The position numbers and the translations under genes are program-made. A stretch of DNA of 63,349 nucleotides, the filler included, from Thraustochytrium aureum (lineage: Eukaryota): NCBI GenBank assembly GCA_012862495.1. It is 7 parts of 3 records of this genome, joined end to end, with 100 filler letters (N's around TTAATTAATTAA, not from the genome) between each part and the next. Parts side by side here need not be neighbours in the genome. Positions count along the whole stretch, not along the records: positions 29,754 to 36,767 come from BLSG01000254.1; positions 36,868 to 47,963 come from BLSG01000255.1; 5 more parts are not named here. One strand, given 5' to 3'. Positions within the stretch are counted from its first letter, which is position 1. Each line of letters starts with the position of its first letter. The notes beneath the pieces were generated by a model. That model was not told the DNA's origin. It did not search any database and saw only the letters and a list, made by a program, of their open reading frames with translations. This document shows, in pieces, positions 34,527-47,318 of the stretch.

Positions 34527-36347
34527 TCAATTATGCTCGGCGCCTGTTGCTCCCGCTGTTGCTGCTGCTCCTGCTGCTGCTGCGCTTTTGAGCGACGCCG
34601 CAAGTTGCGCCTCGAGCCGACGGGCCTTCGCGTCGGCTTGCTTAATTGTCCGCTGATGGTCCTCGGCCAGCCGGAGCACCTCGTCGCGTTGTGAGCGCGC
34701 GAGGACTTGACGCTCTTTCTCAGCTGCACTGAGCTGCTCCTCGTACCGTCGTTTCATCGCCGCCATCTCGGCGCGCAGCACCTGCTCGAACGAGGCGTCG
34801 TCGCCACTGGCCGTCTGAATGGCTGCTTGTTCGCGCTCGTGTGCTCGCGCATGCCACGACTTGAGCTGGGCCTCCAGGCTCTTGATCTTTGCACAGGCCT
34901 GGCGGTACTCGAGCTCAAGCTCGGCGTGAGCCAGCTCAACTCGCGCTCGCGCATCGTGCGCTCGGACGACGCGCTCTGTCGCGATCTGGTCCGCGGCGAC
35001 GCACTCGTGCATAAGCGCGGCGGCTTCGCCTTTGAACTGGTCCGCGCGCTCGGACTCTGCGCGTACTTGCGCGCCAAGATCTGCAACCTGCTGCTGCAGA
35101 CAAGCTACTTTGCCACATAGCTCATCTCGTTCCGCCTTCGCCTTCTCGACTTGGACAGCGGCGGCTGCATTTGCGTCGTTCGAGTGAGCCGAAGCCGCAC
35201 GGAAGCGAGCGAGCGAATCTTTCACGGACTCTACCTGGCCAGCCAATTGCGTGGTCCGCTCGGCGGCCTCAACCAGCTCGATTTTTAGTCCAGAATTGCT
35301 CGCTTGCAGCCTCTCGACCGAGCCCTGCAGCTCAGCAGCCTCTGCCTTTGCATCTGCGAGGGCCTGCCCGTGCACTTGATCGTCCGCGCGGCGAGCTGCA
35401 AGAGCTTGGGCTCTTACGCGTTCCGTTTCAGCCTTGGCCGCAGCGAGCGCTTTCCCGTGCGCTTCCTCGTCCGCTTGACGAGCTGCAAGTGCGTGTGCCC
35501 TGACTTGCTCCAGTTCGGCCCTCGTTGCGACCAGATTCGCCTGAAGCGCCTGCAGGGCTTCTTCGTGGCGGCTGTCCAGCTTTGATTGCCTCTCTTCAAG
35601 GGGCTCCGCTCCGGTGCCGGACTCGACGGTCGCCTGTTTCAGGCAGGCAACCTCCGCTCGAAAGCGCGCGAATTCTTGCGCAGACGCCGCGCCGGTCCTG
35701 GCAACCGCGGTTTCACTGGAACCAGTGCCCCGAATCGGCGCTGCAACATGCTTGCCAGCGGCCACTAGCGACGATGGCGCGGACGGCCGCCCAGCGCGGG
35801 GCTTGTCCTGGCTAAACAGCAGCGTGACCGGCTCTTTCTTGGCCTGCTCCCTCAGGCCGCCGGGCTCTGACGGGGTGCCCTCAGCCCGTCTTTCGAGCTC
35901 CAAGGCCCCTCCTTTCGCGGCCAGCACCGTGTCGACGGCCAAGAGAACCGCGCCAAGCCCAGGGAGTGCATGTCGTTCAACCCGAGCCGGCCTGACTCGC
36001 ACCTGAACCAGCAGATCCTCCACCTGCTTAACAACGCGATCCAATGCCACTGCTCTCCTCCACACCTCGGCGCAGGCCTCGCCGTGGCTATTGACTCCAA
36101 GCGCATCGGCGAGTGCATTTGCCGCCTGCTCGCCGTGGAGGCTTGTATCGTCGAGGTGGAGTTGGCGCACTTCTGCCAGCCCTGCCGCCCTCCTGGCCAA
36201 GGCAGCGCGATCCACAGAGACGAGCTCGTCGAAGTCCGCAGCGGCAGCGGCAAGCCACGCCAGCCCCGCCGTTAGCGCTGCCGGCTGCGCGTGGAGAGGT
36301 TGGAGCTTCGCGGGCGACCCGGCCGGCATCTTGAGCGTCCCGCGCAT
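34527..36347 (-). CDS. Long coiled-coil protein of unknown function (start uncertain)
   Basis: Long Ala/Glu/Gln/Arg-rich heptad-like ORF (e.g. FEQVLRAEMAAMKRRYEEQLSAAEKERQ). Confidence 0.65.
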   Translation of the reverse strand: MRGTLKMPAGSPAKLQPLHAQPAALTAGLAWLAAAAADFDELVSVDRAALARRAAGLAEVRQLHLDDTSLHGEQAANALADALGVNSHGEACAEVWRRAVALDRVVKQVEDLLVQVRVRPARVERHALPGLGAVLLAVDTVLAAKGGALELERRAEGTPSEPGGLREQAKKEPVTLLFSQDKPRAGRPSAPSSLVAAGKHVAAPIRGTGSSETAVARTGAASAQEFARFRAEVACLKQATVESGTGAEPLEERQSKLDSRHEEALQALQANLVATRAELEQVRAHALAARQADEEAHGKALAAAKAETERVRAQALAARRADDQVHGQALADAKAEAAELQGSVERLQASNSGLKIELVEAAERTTQLAGQVESVKDSLARFRAASAHSNDANAAAAVQVEKAKAERDELCGKVACLQQQVADLGAQVRAESERADQFKGEAAALMHECVAADQIATERVVRAHDARARVELAHAELELEYRQACAKIKSLEAQLKSWHARAHEREQAAIQTASGDDASFEQVLRAEMAAMKRRYEEQLSAAEKERQVLARSQRDEVLRLAEDHQRTIKQADAKARRLEAQLAASLKSAAAAGAAATAGATGAEHN

Positions 36348-37488
36348 CTTGAGCGTCCCATCCGGCTCAGGACGACCCGCACCGCCGCTGCGCACGGCCT
36401 TGCAAAGGCCGGCGAGGCGCGGTCCTGCCTCCGCGGCGCCCAGTCCTCGCCGGCCCGCGCTGCGCGTGATTGGAGCGGGAGCGGGACTGCCGCAGTGTTC
36501 AAGTTGGCTCGCGAATAGGTTTGCTCGAAACCTCACCAACGGGCGAGATGCTGTCGCGACTCGGCCCTCGCGGCGCCTAGGGCGCACGGACTCTCGCGGC
36601 TACGACATGCCCGGGCAACGATCCCTGTCGGTTCGGGTAGTGCCCGTGCAAGTTGCTGCGAGTCTGCCCGCTAACGTGCTCCTCGACGACGACCTCGCCC
36701 TGCGTCGCGGTCGTTCTCGCCAGAGGCGGCGTCAACGACAGAACGAAGGCGCTTGCAAACGTCTCGANNNNNNNNNNNNNNNNNNNNNNNNNNNNNNNNN
36801 NNNNNNNNNNNTTAATTAATTAANNNNNNNNNNNNNNNNNNNNNNNNNNNNNNNNNNNNNNNNNNNNATCTCAAAGAAAGATTTGGGTAGGACATGGCTG
36901 CTTCTGCCCCTTGGTCTGACCAACTTGGTCTGACGAACTGGCCGGCCGGCCGCAACGTGCCGCCACTGGCGGGCGGTCAATTCGCCAGTCCAGGGTTGGT
37001 TCGTGCTGTGCTCACACTCGCTCAGCGCACGCTTACCGCCAAACCGCGCTAGCTACTCTATAGAGAGTGGAGGACGAGCAAGGTTACCGTTTCTTTGAGG
37101 ACAATTCCCCCGAAAAAGGTGAAAGGACGAGAAGCGCCCTTACCTGGCGGCGCACGTCCGTGGAAGCCGCCATGAAGGCAGACAGAGGGCTGCTGGTCAG
37201 GAGACAAGGCAAACCTTCTCCCTCGCGTCCTGCAATTGCTGCATTGCTTTTAATCAAATCGCAGGTAACGCAACGCACTACGGACTCGCTCGCATCCAAC
37301 GGAGCAACCAATTGCCAAGGCAACCAAACGAGCGCACCAGAGCAGAGCCCAACAGGCCTCGAGCGACCACCGGCGAGCGCAACGCCCCGTCGGCAGGACA
37401 AGCTCAGCCGCCGTGCGGTCAAAACGGCTCAAGTCCTCCAGTGCGTTCTCGCCAGCCAACGCGACGAGGAGAAGGCCTCAAGAACAAG

Positions 37489-40400
37489 ATGGCCAAGGGC
37501 GCAGCGCTCGCAGTGGCGCTGGCCTCATTGCTTGCCGCGGCGAGCGCGCAGGGGGTAGGGGCGCTGGTTGACTTTGACGAGCGCCAGTTCAAGTTGCCAA
37601 ACGACTCGGTGGACGTCATCCTTCAAAAGCCCGCCAACAAGCTCGTGACGACGCCAGATAGCCAGCTCGCAGCGCCAACTCGCGTGTTTCAGTTTGTGTA
37701 TTCCGGCTCGATCGAGATCGAGCTCGTCACTGCCGTGCGGTTCGGCCAGACCGGCGAACAAAAGTGGTTTCAAGCGACGCTCGACGTGCCGGGAACCGAA
37801 GCCGAGTCGAATAGAGTGCTGTTAAAGCCGGGCACCGAAGGCAGAATCAAAGCCACCATAGAGCCTTCTGCAGTAGGCCAGGGCAGCTATGACGCGTTTG
37901 TGGACCTTTTGATCTACACGATCAATTCGAAACAACCGGTGCTGCTCAAAAACAAAACGCTCACGGTGCACGTGAGCGTCGACAGCGAGCCAGACGCGGA
38001 GAAAAGCTCAGTCGACTTCACACCATGCCGCGAGCTCAACTGGACCGCAACCTGCAATGTGCCGCTCATCCTGGCCGACGCGGACGGGTTTCCCACCACT
38101 GGCGTGCGTGGCAGCCTGAAGGACATCGCCGCCAAGCTGTACAGCGTCAACCTCGACGAGGCGCGCGATATGAAAATCTCGGAGGTCATCTCGGCCGATG
38201 GGGCTTCGAGCCAGTTTGGAATCGAGGTTGTCGCCTTCAGCGCAGGCGAGCTTCAACTTCGCGTTGCCATTTTTGGAGTCCCCGTCCAGCCCAGCCAGGG
38301 AGAGTTGCGCATGTGGTCCACGTGCGGCGAGCCAGCGGTATACGACCTCGAGAGCGGCAGGTGCGTGTGCCCCGCTGGCTTTATGCACGAAAAGGAAATC
38401 GGATGCGTGCGATGCCCGCCATGCCAACCAGGGTTTTACTCGCCTGCCTCGTCCGAGGCAGCAACGAGCGCGTCGTGTCAGTGCGTCGAGTGCCCTGGAG
38501 GGATGTTTTGCCCGTCGCAGACAGAGAGGGTTCCATGCCCGCCTGGGCATCAGTGCAGCCCTGGCACGGTCCGCCCAGAGCCTTGCCCCGCTGACACGTA
38601 CAGCGCAGGGTATGGCCAGGCTCTGTGCGACAAATGCACGGACGTGGCGCCAACGAGTTCCACGCTGGGCGTGAGAGGCGCCAGGAGCGCAAGAATGTGC
38701 ACCATATGCCCCCCAGCGGCGACATGCAACACGACAGCCCTGTACGAAAGCAACGACAAGGCATGCGCCGCAGGCTTTAAATCGGCAAGGGAAAGCGGCG
38801 TCGAGGGCGCCGGGTCGAACACTACAGGCGCCCCGGCCGGCTTGGTCTACGTCGCTTTCCCGCAACCCCGGGGTACTACCGGTTCCCGACGCTGGCCGAG
38901 ACTGGCATCCCTGCACACGACTCGTGCGCCTCGGTCGAGTTCTTCGCTTGCCCCGGCGGAACACTGACGTGTCCCGGGACGGCAGACTCGCTGGCCAGCT
39001 CGGGATGTGCCGAGGGGTACGCGGGCTTTCTATGTATGGCGTGCGCCGACAACTTTGCCCTAGCCAACTCCAAGTGCGTGCCCTGCACGTCCACCGAGCC
39101 GTACGTCTTTGCCGCGATTGCGGCCGTCGTCATCTTCGCCCTGACCGGGTACTTGGCGTACAGCACAATTCTAAAGTCTGAGCGCAAGCGCGCGATCTTG
39201 ATCAAGCGGAGTATTACCATGGACGCCGAGTTCGCGGGCGCGGCGGAAGCGGGCGAGGCTTCACCGACGACCGGTCAAGTTGACCGCCCGTACAGCGTCG
39301 CCAGCGTCGAAAGCGCGACATGCACGTCGGGGGCCGAGGGAGGCAGTCGGGCCCGCGCGAGCACGGCTGGCATGTCGGTGCTTCCACCAACGGCGATGTC
39401 TGATACGGTGGTGTCCGTGCTGAAGATTGCCTACTCGCACCTGCAAGTGATCGCCTTGCTGCTCTCGCTCAACTTTGACTGGCACCGCTCCGTCCATGTT
39501 GTCGAAAAACTGAGCGCCACGATCAGCATCTCGAGCTCGGACGTCACGAGCTCGGTGATGTGCATGTTTGACGGCGGGAACGAGGAGAACGGCGAGCTGC
39601 CCGGCTTTTACGGCAAGGTCATTATCGTGTTCATCTTCCCTGTGGTCTCCACCATGCTTTTTGGGGCCGTGTGGGCCGGCTTGTACCTAAGCGGGCGCAA
39701 GGTTGCAGGGCTCACTTCTGGGCTGGACTACCGGCACGCTTTCGAGGCGACGACCGTGATCCTGCTGTTCCTTGCTCACATCATCTTGGTTCGCACGGCG
39801 CTGGAGCTTTTCGTCTGCACGCACCCCGAGGTGCACGGACGGTCGTTCCTCGTGGCAGACCCGCGGATCGAGTGCTTTGAGGGCTCGCACACGACTTGGT
39901 TTGTCGTGACTGGCTTAGGTGGGCTCTTGCTGTACGGCGCAGGGATCCCGCTCCTCTCGGCCGCGCTTGTGCGGCGCGGGCGCAACTTTTATCTGCAAAA
40001 CTTTCTTTGCCGCAACTTTCGTCTCGCCTATCGGTGGTGGGAGTCGGCGGTGGCCATGCGCAAGGTGGTGTTGACCATATTTCTCATCACGCTGGAGAAG
40101 TACGGCCCGCGGGTTCAGGGGCTCGCCTGCCTGCTCACGCTGTTCGTTGCGCTTGTAGCGCAGCTGCAGTGCCAGCCCTTTGCATTTATGTTCCTCAACC
40201 AGCTCGAAGCCACGGGGATCACGACGGCGATCGCCACGCTGACGCTCGGGCTCTACTCGCTCGAGTTTGAGAATCTCGACAACGCGTCCTCCATCGACTA
40301 CGGGCTCAACGTGCTGATCGCGGTCTTCAACCTGGTCTTTGTTGCCTTCATCGTGTATGAGCTCATGATGGTGTCGCGCAACGTGCTTTCAAAAGGCCGC

Positions 40401-40826
40401 TTCGCATCGGGCTTGCGCCACCAGTCCCGCGACCCTGCGCTCTCCTTTGCGCCCGACTCGACGACCTCGTTTGCCGGCGCAACGTGGCCGTCGCGCCCGC
40501 CGAGCCCTACTAAGGAGCTCCGGGGAGACGGTGGCGCGCAGGGCGCTACGGTTGTCGTGGAGGAGGACGCCGGCGAGGAGGCGCCGAGCCCTCGAGCGGC
40601 GAGCGGCCGGGCCACAGACGGGCTGTCGAGCCCCAACGCTCACTTTGACCTTGGGGCCGCCCAAGAACGGCCCCAGCCAGAGCTCGCCGAAAAGGCTTCC
40701 GTAGATGGCCCCCGCGCCGAGGCAGATGACGCCGATGCGTGCCCGGGCGAGGGCAAAACTAAGATTGAATCTGGGACACCACCATCGGGAACCGAGGAGC
40801 ACGTCGCCGCTGGCGGGAGCGTTGAC
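37489..40826 (+). CDS. Receptor-like protein: signal peptide, Ig/filamin-like region, GCC2/GCC3 Cys-rich repeats, multi-pass TM domain (frameshift near 38860; 3' end in gap)
   Basis: Signal peptide MAKGAALAVALASLLAAASA; CPPGHQC..PCPADTYS repeats; CAEGYAGFLCMACADNF; TM-domain motifs KIAYSHLQVIALL, FLVADPRIECFEGSH, YRWWESAVAMRKVVL, QPFAFMFLNQLE, common in protist Cys-rich TM receptors. Confidence 0.8.
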
Positions 40827-41005
40827 NNNNNNNNNNNNNNNNNNNNNNNNNNNNNNNNNNNNNNNNNNNNNNNNNNNNNNNNNNNNNNNNNNNNNNNNNN
40901 NNNNNNNNNNNNNNNNNNNNNNNNNNNNNNNNNNNNNNNNNNNNNNNNNNNNNNNNNNNNNNNNNNNNNNNNNNNNNNNNNNNNNNNNNNNNNNNNNNNN
41001 NNNNN

Positions 41006-42506
41006 ATCTTCGCCAGAACCCCCATCTTCGTCAGCCTCCACCGCGCACACCGCAAGGAAGTCGTAGCGGGGCGATGGGGCTCGGGAGTTGACAAATTTGA
41101 CGAACGCCTGCGTGTCGGCGTCGTTACGATACACGACGGTCAGCATGTTGGCGCGTGGGGCCACCACCAGCAAGGGCTCCTCTTCGCCTTCGGCGGCATA
41201 GACTACTTGGCCGCCGGTCGGCTCTTCTTCGTCAGCCCATTTGTCGTCGTCTTCAACCAAAGGTCCACAGCAGGTCGACCTCGCTTGCGTGCGCGGCCTT
41301 GTCGGCAGCGTCCCGATCGTGGACCAGGGTGTAGCAACCCGGCAAGAAGCGCCGCGTTTGGGCTGCAGCGGCCGTCACGGAGAGGTTGGTCAGCGCCGCG
41401 ACGAGTCCCGCCATTGCTCTGGAGCACAAGGTGCGCGCAAACGCCGCGAGAGCAGCGTTGGCATCGGACGTGGACGGTGGACTCGCGACGCCAAAGTGGC
41501 GCTTCTGATACGGCCCGACGGCCTCCCAGGAGGCTGCGCCGAGCGCAGCCTTCAGTTCGGCCAGGCGGTCTTGGCGGACAAAGTCGTGAAGCTGGACGCA
41601 CGACTCTTGCTCGAACAGTTCGCGGATGCTGTTTTGCGTGTCCTCCCGCAGGTACACCTCGTTCACCCAGTGCGAAAGCTCTGCCCCAGCTGGCTCGAGG
41701 GCGCCGAGCGGCCCTGGCGAGGGATCCACTCTGACGGCGACGCGGCCCTTCGTCGGCTCGAGCGGCCGCCACCCTAGCGGCGTCACGGTGGGCGGGCCAT
41801 GGAACCAGCCGCCAATCGAGACACGAGGCTTGTCGCGGGACAGGACCTCTGCGACTTGGTGGTACGAGCGGTCGCTGACTTCGAAGAACAACAGGGTGTT
41901 GCGGCGCGGAAGGATGCTGCGCATGATCCCGTTCGGCTGCTTGTCTGCGTCGACCGTGAAGAGGTCGAGCGCGCCGCCGTCCTCCTCGGCCCAGTCCGCT
42001 GGAACGAGGTACAGGATGAAAGCGATGCGGCGGCTCGATAGCTCGTCGTCGTGGCACAGGAGGTTGTTGGTGTGCGCGTACACCGAGCTCGTCAAGTCGA
42101 GCTTGTCCGAAAGCCCCCTTGCCCCGGTGATGCGTTCGAGGACGTCGCGGAACCGCTGGCTGTACAGGGCCGTGATGAACTTTTCCAGGGCGCCGTCCTT
42201 GGCGGCCTCTTGGTCGGCTCGCACGCTCGCGGCGAGGTCTTTGGTCTGCAGGAACGAGAACAGGTCGTTCTCTTTGATCAGGTATTCGTTTTGCATCACT
42301 TGCTCCTGCAGTGCGTCCAGCAAGGCGGGGCTGCTGATCAGGTCTTGGACTTGGCCGTGCGGGAACGGCTCTGCTCTTTCGAACGCGAGCCGCGCCTCTT
42401 CGACGGCGTCGGCGTCATCGGCCCACGCGAGCCTCAGCACCTCCTTGACAGCACGGTCTCCGTCGTCGCCGACGCGCTGCCTCTTGCTCGGCCCGTCGCC
42501 GCTCAT
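41006..42506 (-). CDS. OGFOD1: uS12 prolyl 3-hydroxylase OGFOD1/Tpa1 (2OG-Fe(II) oxygenase, two domains); frameshift near 41258; stop in gap
   Basis: AEPFPHG, KENDLFSFLQTKDL, LLCHDDELSSRRIAFILYLV, GGALDLF, FFEVSDRSYHQVAEVL..RVSIGGWFHG; second domain RRFLPGCYTL..GGQVVY..NMLTVVYR..FVKFVN. Confidence 0.93.
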
Positions 42507-42816
42507 GTCCGGGCGTAGCTCTAGATCTCGCANNNNNNNNNNNNNNNNNNNNNNNNNNNNNNNNNNNNNNNNNNNNNNNNNNNNNNNNNNNNNNNNNNNN
42601 NNNNNNNNNNNNNNNNNNNNNNNNNNNNNNNNNNNNNNNNNNNNNNNNNNNNNNNNNNNNNNNNNNNNNNNNNNNNNNNNNNNNNNNNNNNNNNNNNNNN
42701 NNNNNNNNNNNNNNNNNNNNNNNNNGTGCAGGAGCTCCTCGGGGATGCAGGGCGCCGAGGACGCACGGGTCGCTGGGAGCGCGGCGGCCTGCAGGAGCAC
42801 GCGGGCCGCGAGCGAG

Positions 42817-45125
42817 ATGGAGGCGGACGCGGACGGGGTCGAGCGGGTGCTGCGGCGCGAGCTGCAGGGGTGGAGGAGGAGGTGGTGACGTACCTGAGCG
42901 GCATGGTCGCCGAGTGCGATGAGCCCGGCGAGAACGGGGAGGAGCTGGTGGAGCTGCTGGCGCCCTTCCTCGAGTCGTACGGCGTGGCGGAGGAGGAAGA
43001 AGAGGCCAAGGCGCTCGCCAAGAGGCTGTGCGAGGTGATGCGGAAGGAGAAGGTCATCAAACTGAAGGCAGACGGCGCCGGGGAAACCGCCGCCGCCGCC
43101 GCCCTTGCGCTCGCGCAGCGCCGGCTAGCCATGCCCGTGCAAACGTTGGCCGACACGGAGGACGACGACGACACGTGGGGCCTCCGCGACGTCAAGCACA
43201 AAAACCAGGCCAACTCGACCGTGGACAGCATCAGCGACGCCCTGGGGAACAAGAAAAGCGCCGAGCGCCTCGCGAAGAGGCTCGAAAAGGAGCGCAAGAA
43301 GGAAGAGGCGCGCGCCGCGCGCGAGGACGACGTGCGGCGTCGCGAGATGGAGGCCGACTACGAGACACCCGTGAGCGTGGACCACATGAAGAAGACGCAG
43401 AGCCTGCGCAACAGGTCGAGCGACGTGCAGATCGACAACATCAACATCAGCGTGGGCGCCGGAAAGCTCTTGCTCGAGGACGCGACGCTCAAGATCGTGG
43501 CAGGCCGCAAGTACGGCATGATCGGGCGCAACGGGGTGGGCAAGACGACGCTCCTCAAGCACATCTCGAGGCGGCAGATCGACGGGTTTCCCCCCTACCT
43601 CTCGATCGTGCACGTGGAGCAAGAGGTCGTGGCCGACAACACGCGCGTGCTCGACTACGTGCTGCTTGCCGATACCGAGCGCGAGCGGCTCCTCGCCGAG
43701 GAGAAGCGCCTGCTCGCCCTGCTGGAGAGCAGCACGCCGGATTCCGGCGTCAACGACAAACTCCGCGCCCTCTACGACGAGATGGTCTCGCTTGGCACCG
43801 AGTCTGCCGAGGCTCGCGCGCGCGGCGTGCTGACCGGACTCGGGTTCACCGAGCCCATGCAGGTAGCCCCGACGCGGAGTCTGTCCGGCGGCTGGCGCAT
43901 GCGCGTCGCGCTCGCGACGGCGCTGTACCTCTCGCCCGACCTCTTGTTGCTGGACGAGCCCACCAACCACCTCGACGTGACGAGCGTGCTCTTCTTGGAG
44001 CGGTACCTGCAGCGGTACCCGAAGACGTTCATCCTGGTCTCGCACGACCGCATCTTCACCAACAACGTGATTACCGACGTGATCCACGTCGAGAACCGCA
44101 AGCTCGAGTACTTTAAGGGCGACATTGACATTTTCGAGCAGACGCGGGCCAACCAGCGCCTGCAGCAGCAGCGCGAGTTTGAGTCGCAGCAGGCCAAGGT
44201 GGCACACATGCAAAAGTTCGTGGACAAGTTTCGGTACAACGCCAAGCGCGCCTCGCTCGCGCAGTCGCGCATCAAGGCCATCAACCGCATGCAGCTCGTT
44301 GACGAGGTCCTGGACGACCCCGAGTTCACCTTTAGCTTCCCCGAACCCATCAGCGAGCTCTCCAAGGTGATCGAGGTCCAGGACGTGTCGTTCGCCTACC
44401 CGCCGGGCTCGCTCAAGGGCGACGCGGTCGGGGAGGACGGCGAAGGCGAGTCCGAGGGCGCGAGCGCTCCGTCAGGTTCCGAGCCGGCTCCCGACGCGGC
44501 GGCGCCGCCGGACGCGCCAGTTAGCATGCTGTTCGAGCACGCCGAGTTTTCCGTGCATTCGTCGTCGCGCATGGTGCTGCTGGGGGCGAACGGGTGCGGC
44601 AAGTCGACGCTGATCAAGGTGATCCTCGACAAGCTCAAGCCAACCAAGGGCTATGTGTGGCGGGACCCCAAGCTGCGCATTGGTTTCTTCGCGCAGCACC
44701 ACGTCGACCAGCTCGACACCAAGGTTTCCCCACTCGAGTACCTCCTCAACATCTTTCACGGGTCCAAGCCCGACCAAGTCCGCACGCACCTCGCGCGGTA
44801 CGGGATCCCGGCAGAGCTGGCCTCGCAACGCATCGGAACCCTCTCGGGGGGGCAGAAGAGCCGCGTCGCGTTCGCCCGGATTACGTGGGATCGGCCGCAC
44901 CTGCTCGTTTGCGATGAGCCGAGCAACCACTTGGACCTCGAGACGAACGCTGCGCTTGCGCTCGCAATCAACACCTTTGAGGGCGGGGTGCTGCTCGTGA
45001 CGCACGACCAGTTCCTCATCGAGATGTGCGCCGAGGAGTTTTGGGTCATGGAGAAGGGCAAGGTGTTTCAGTTTAAGGGCACGTTTCGCGAGTACAAAAA
45101 GTGGGCCCTCCCGGACGACGCCTGA
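42817..45125 (+). CDS. ABCF3: ABC-F family ATPase ABCF3/GCN20 (apparent frameshift in the G-run near 42868)
   Basis: Two ABC cassettes and no TM domain: GRNGVGKTT, LSGGWRMRVALA, LLLLDEPTNHLD; GANGCGKST, LSGGQKSRVAFA, CDEPSNHLD. Linker HMQKFVDKFRYNAKRASLAQSRIK. Confidence 0.95.
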
Positions 45126-45397
45126 GTTAGTGGTGTCCCGGGGCCGGGCGTCTCGCTGGCCAGCCTGTGTTGATCGATCGGCCCGACTCCCGCCTTTATG
45201 CGCGGGCCGCTGCAGCTCTACAGTACTCGGGGGCAAACCCCTTGCCCCCTTGTGCGACGCGCGGTCGGCCAAGCAGCTGGCCTCGATGGTTAAAGTAGTC
45301 CCTGTGCTCGCCTTTCTCTGGCGACTGGCAGTGATAGTGAGCAACATCTATAGACCCATTTTTGACCGAGGCGTTTCATCAGCCTCCCTGCTCGTCG

Positions 45398-47318
45398 TCA
45401 CCCGTCAAAGCTGCTGCCAGTCGAGACCCTGGGCCGACGCGCCGTAGTGCGATGCCCCGCGAGCAAGTCGTCCAGCGCCGAGCCGCCTACGCGGCGTCGC
45501 ACCGGGCCATGCTTCAGGCTTGTCGCGACCACACCCGGGCGGTGCTGGTTTGGCGCGGCTGGGCTCGGAAATACTGCCCTTGCAAAGCCGTCCCTGAACG
45601 TGCTGTCGCCGCTCGAGTCCCCGTCTGAGCCGCCGGAAGAGAGGCGCCGACGGTGCGCTGCAGCCGCCGCGGTTTGCTCTAGCATGCGAGACGGAAACAA
45701 GAGATGCTCAATCTGCAGGCGGTCGACCTCGCTGCGCAGTCGCCGGTGAACTGCGAGGCGCCAAGCTCCGAAAGCCCGCAAGAGACGGCGGCGACGGCGC
45801 GCTGCCGCGTGGCGCTGCCATGTGTGAAAGGCCGAGGAAACAAGTCGCAGGTTGCCGAGTTCGTCCTCGGCTTTTCGAAGGCAGGCAGACTGCATCGCTG
45901 CGCCACGCCAGGCTCGCAGCACCGCTCGACACTCGCCGTGAAGCGCGCGAAATCGCCGAGCGCGCTCGTGGTGGTAATGCGCCATCTGCCGCTGCCAGGC
46001 GTGCATGCGCCACGCGTGCAAGCAGCGCGCCACCAGGTGCGCGAGGCGAAGCCGTCGCGCTCGAGCGCAGATCTTGATTAGTAGCACGCCGCAGGCCCAC
46101 GATCGCAGAACCCGAACCTTGATCTCGCGCTCCCGTCGCGAGGCCGAGGCTCTTGCAAACCGCGCCCGGCCCTGTTGCAGCTTCCAGCCGACGAGAGCAG
46201 CGCGCTGGCGCTCGCTGCGACTGGAGCCAGGTCGGGGCTCACCGGCGCCAGCGGCTCGGGCGCCGCTGGCGCGCTGCTCTTGGTCATCGTGCAGCGCTTG
46301 CCGTGCTGCCTGCAGGGCCTGTTCGAGCTCGCGGATGCGGCGCTTGGCGACGCTGACATTCTCAGCGTTCTGGCGTTGAAACACGACGAGGCGGTCCTGG
46401 AGGCGTGCGTTGACGTTTNNNNNNNNNNNNNNNNNNNNNNNNNNNNNNNNNNNNNNNNNNNNNNNNNNNNNNNNNNNNNNNNNNNNNNNNNNNNNNNNNN
46501 NNNNNNNNNNNNNNNNNNNNNNNNNNNNNNNNNNNNNNNNNNNNNNNNNNNNNNNNNNNNNNNNNNNNNNNNNNNNNNNNNNNNNNNNNNNNNNNNNNNN
46601 NNNNNNNNNNNNNNNNNNNNNNNNNNNNNNNNNNNNNNNNNNNNNNNNNNNNNNNNNNNNNNNNNNNNNNNNNNNNNNNNNNNNNNNNNNNNNNNNNNNN
46701 NNNNNNNNNNNNNNNNNNNNNNNNNNNNNNNNNNNNNNNNNNNNNNNNNNNNNNNNNNNNNNNNNNNNNNNNNNNNNNGCCGACTCGCCCGCGGCCAGGC
46801 GAGGCCGGCGCAGTCGTGGAGAGCTGCGGCTCTGGGAGTGGGGGCGGCGGGGGGGGCGGGGGCGACGGTGATCTGTGTATGTGGCGGCGTGGGGCCTTTG
46901 CAGACGTTCGCGTCGAACGAGGGCTTGGCGACGGGTAGAAGCGCGCGGGCGTCAAATTGGCGTCCGAGCGGTCTAGCACACTGGTGGGGCGCAGCTGCAC
47001 CGGGATTGTTGGCTTGTTCGAGGTGCTGCGGCGCAAGAGCGCGAGCCGCCTTGGCACTGCCGACGCTGGCGGAGTGTCGAACGAATTTGGGGGAGCCGGC
47101 CCTCCGCCTGTTCGCCACGTCGACGAGCTGGCACCAACGGTGGCCGCCGCGCGACGCGCACCTTGCTGTTGCCGCCCAGCGCTGGACGCGCGGACCTCAG
47201 GCTGGAGCAGGCGGGGGGGCGTTGGGCGTCCAAGCAGGTGGGCGTTGCTCGATTTCCTCCGTCGTCGTTCAAACTCGGCCGAGTACGATGAAAATTCCCG
47301 CCCACCGCTGTCCTCCAT
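45398..47318 (-). CDS. Sfi1-like repeat / coiled-coil protein (candidate centrin binder); internal gap
   Basis: Repeated L/F-x-x-W-R motifs: RVLRSW, ARCLHAWR, RAVLRAWR, SSAFHTWQ, LRAFGAWR, following a coiled coil and a Pro/Ser-rich N-terminus. Confidence 0.6.
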
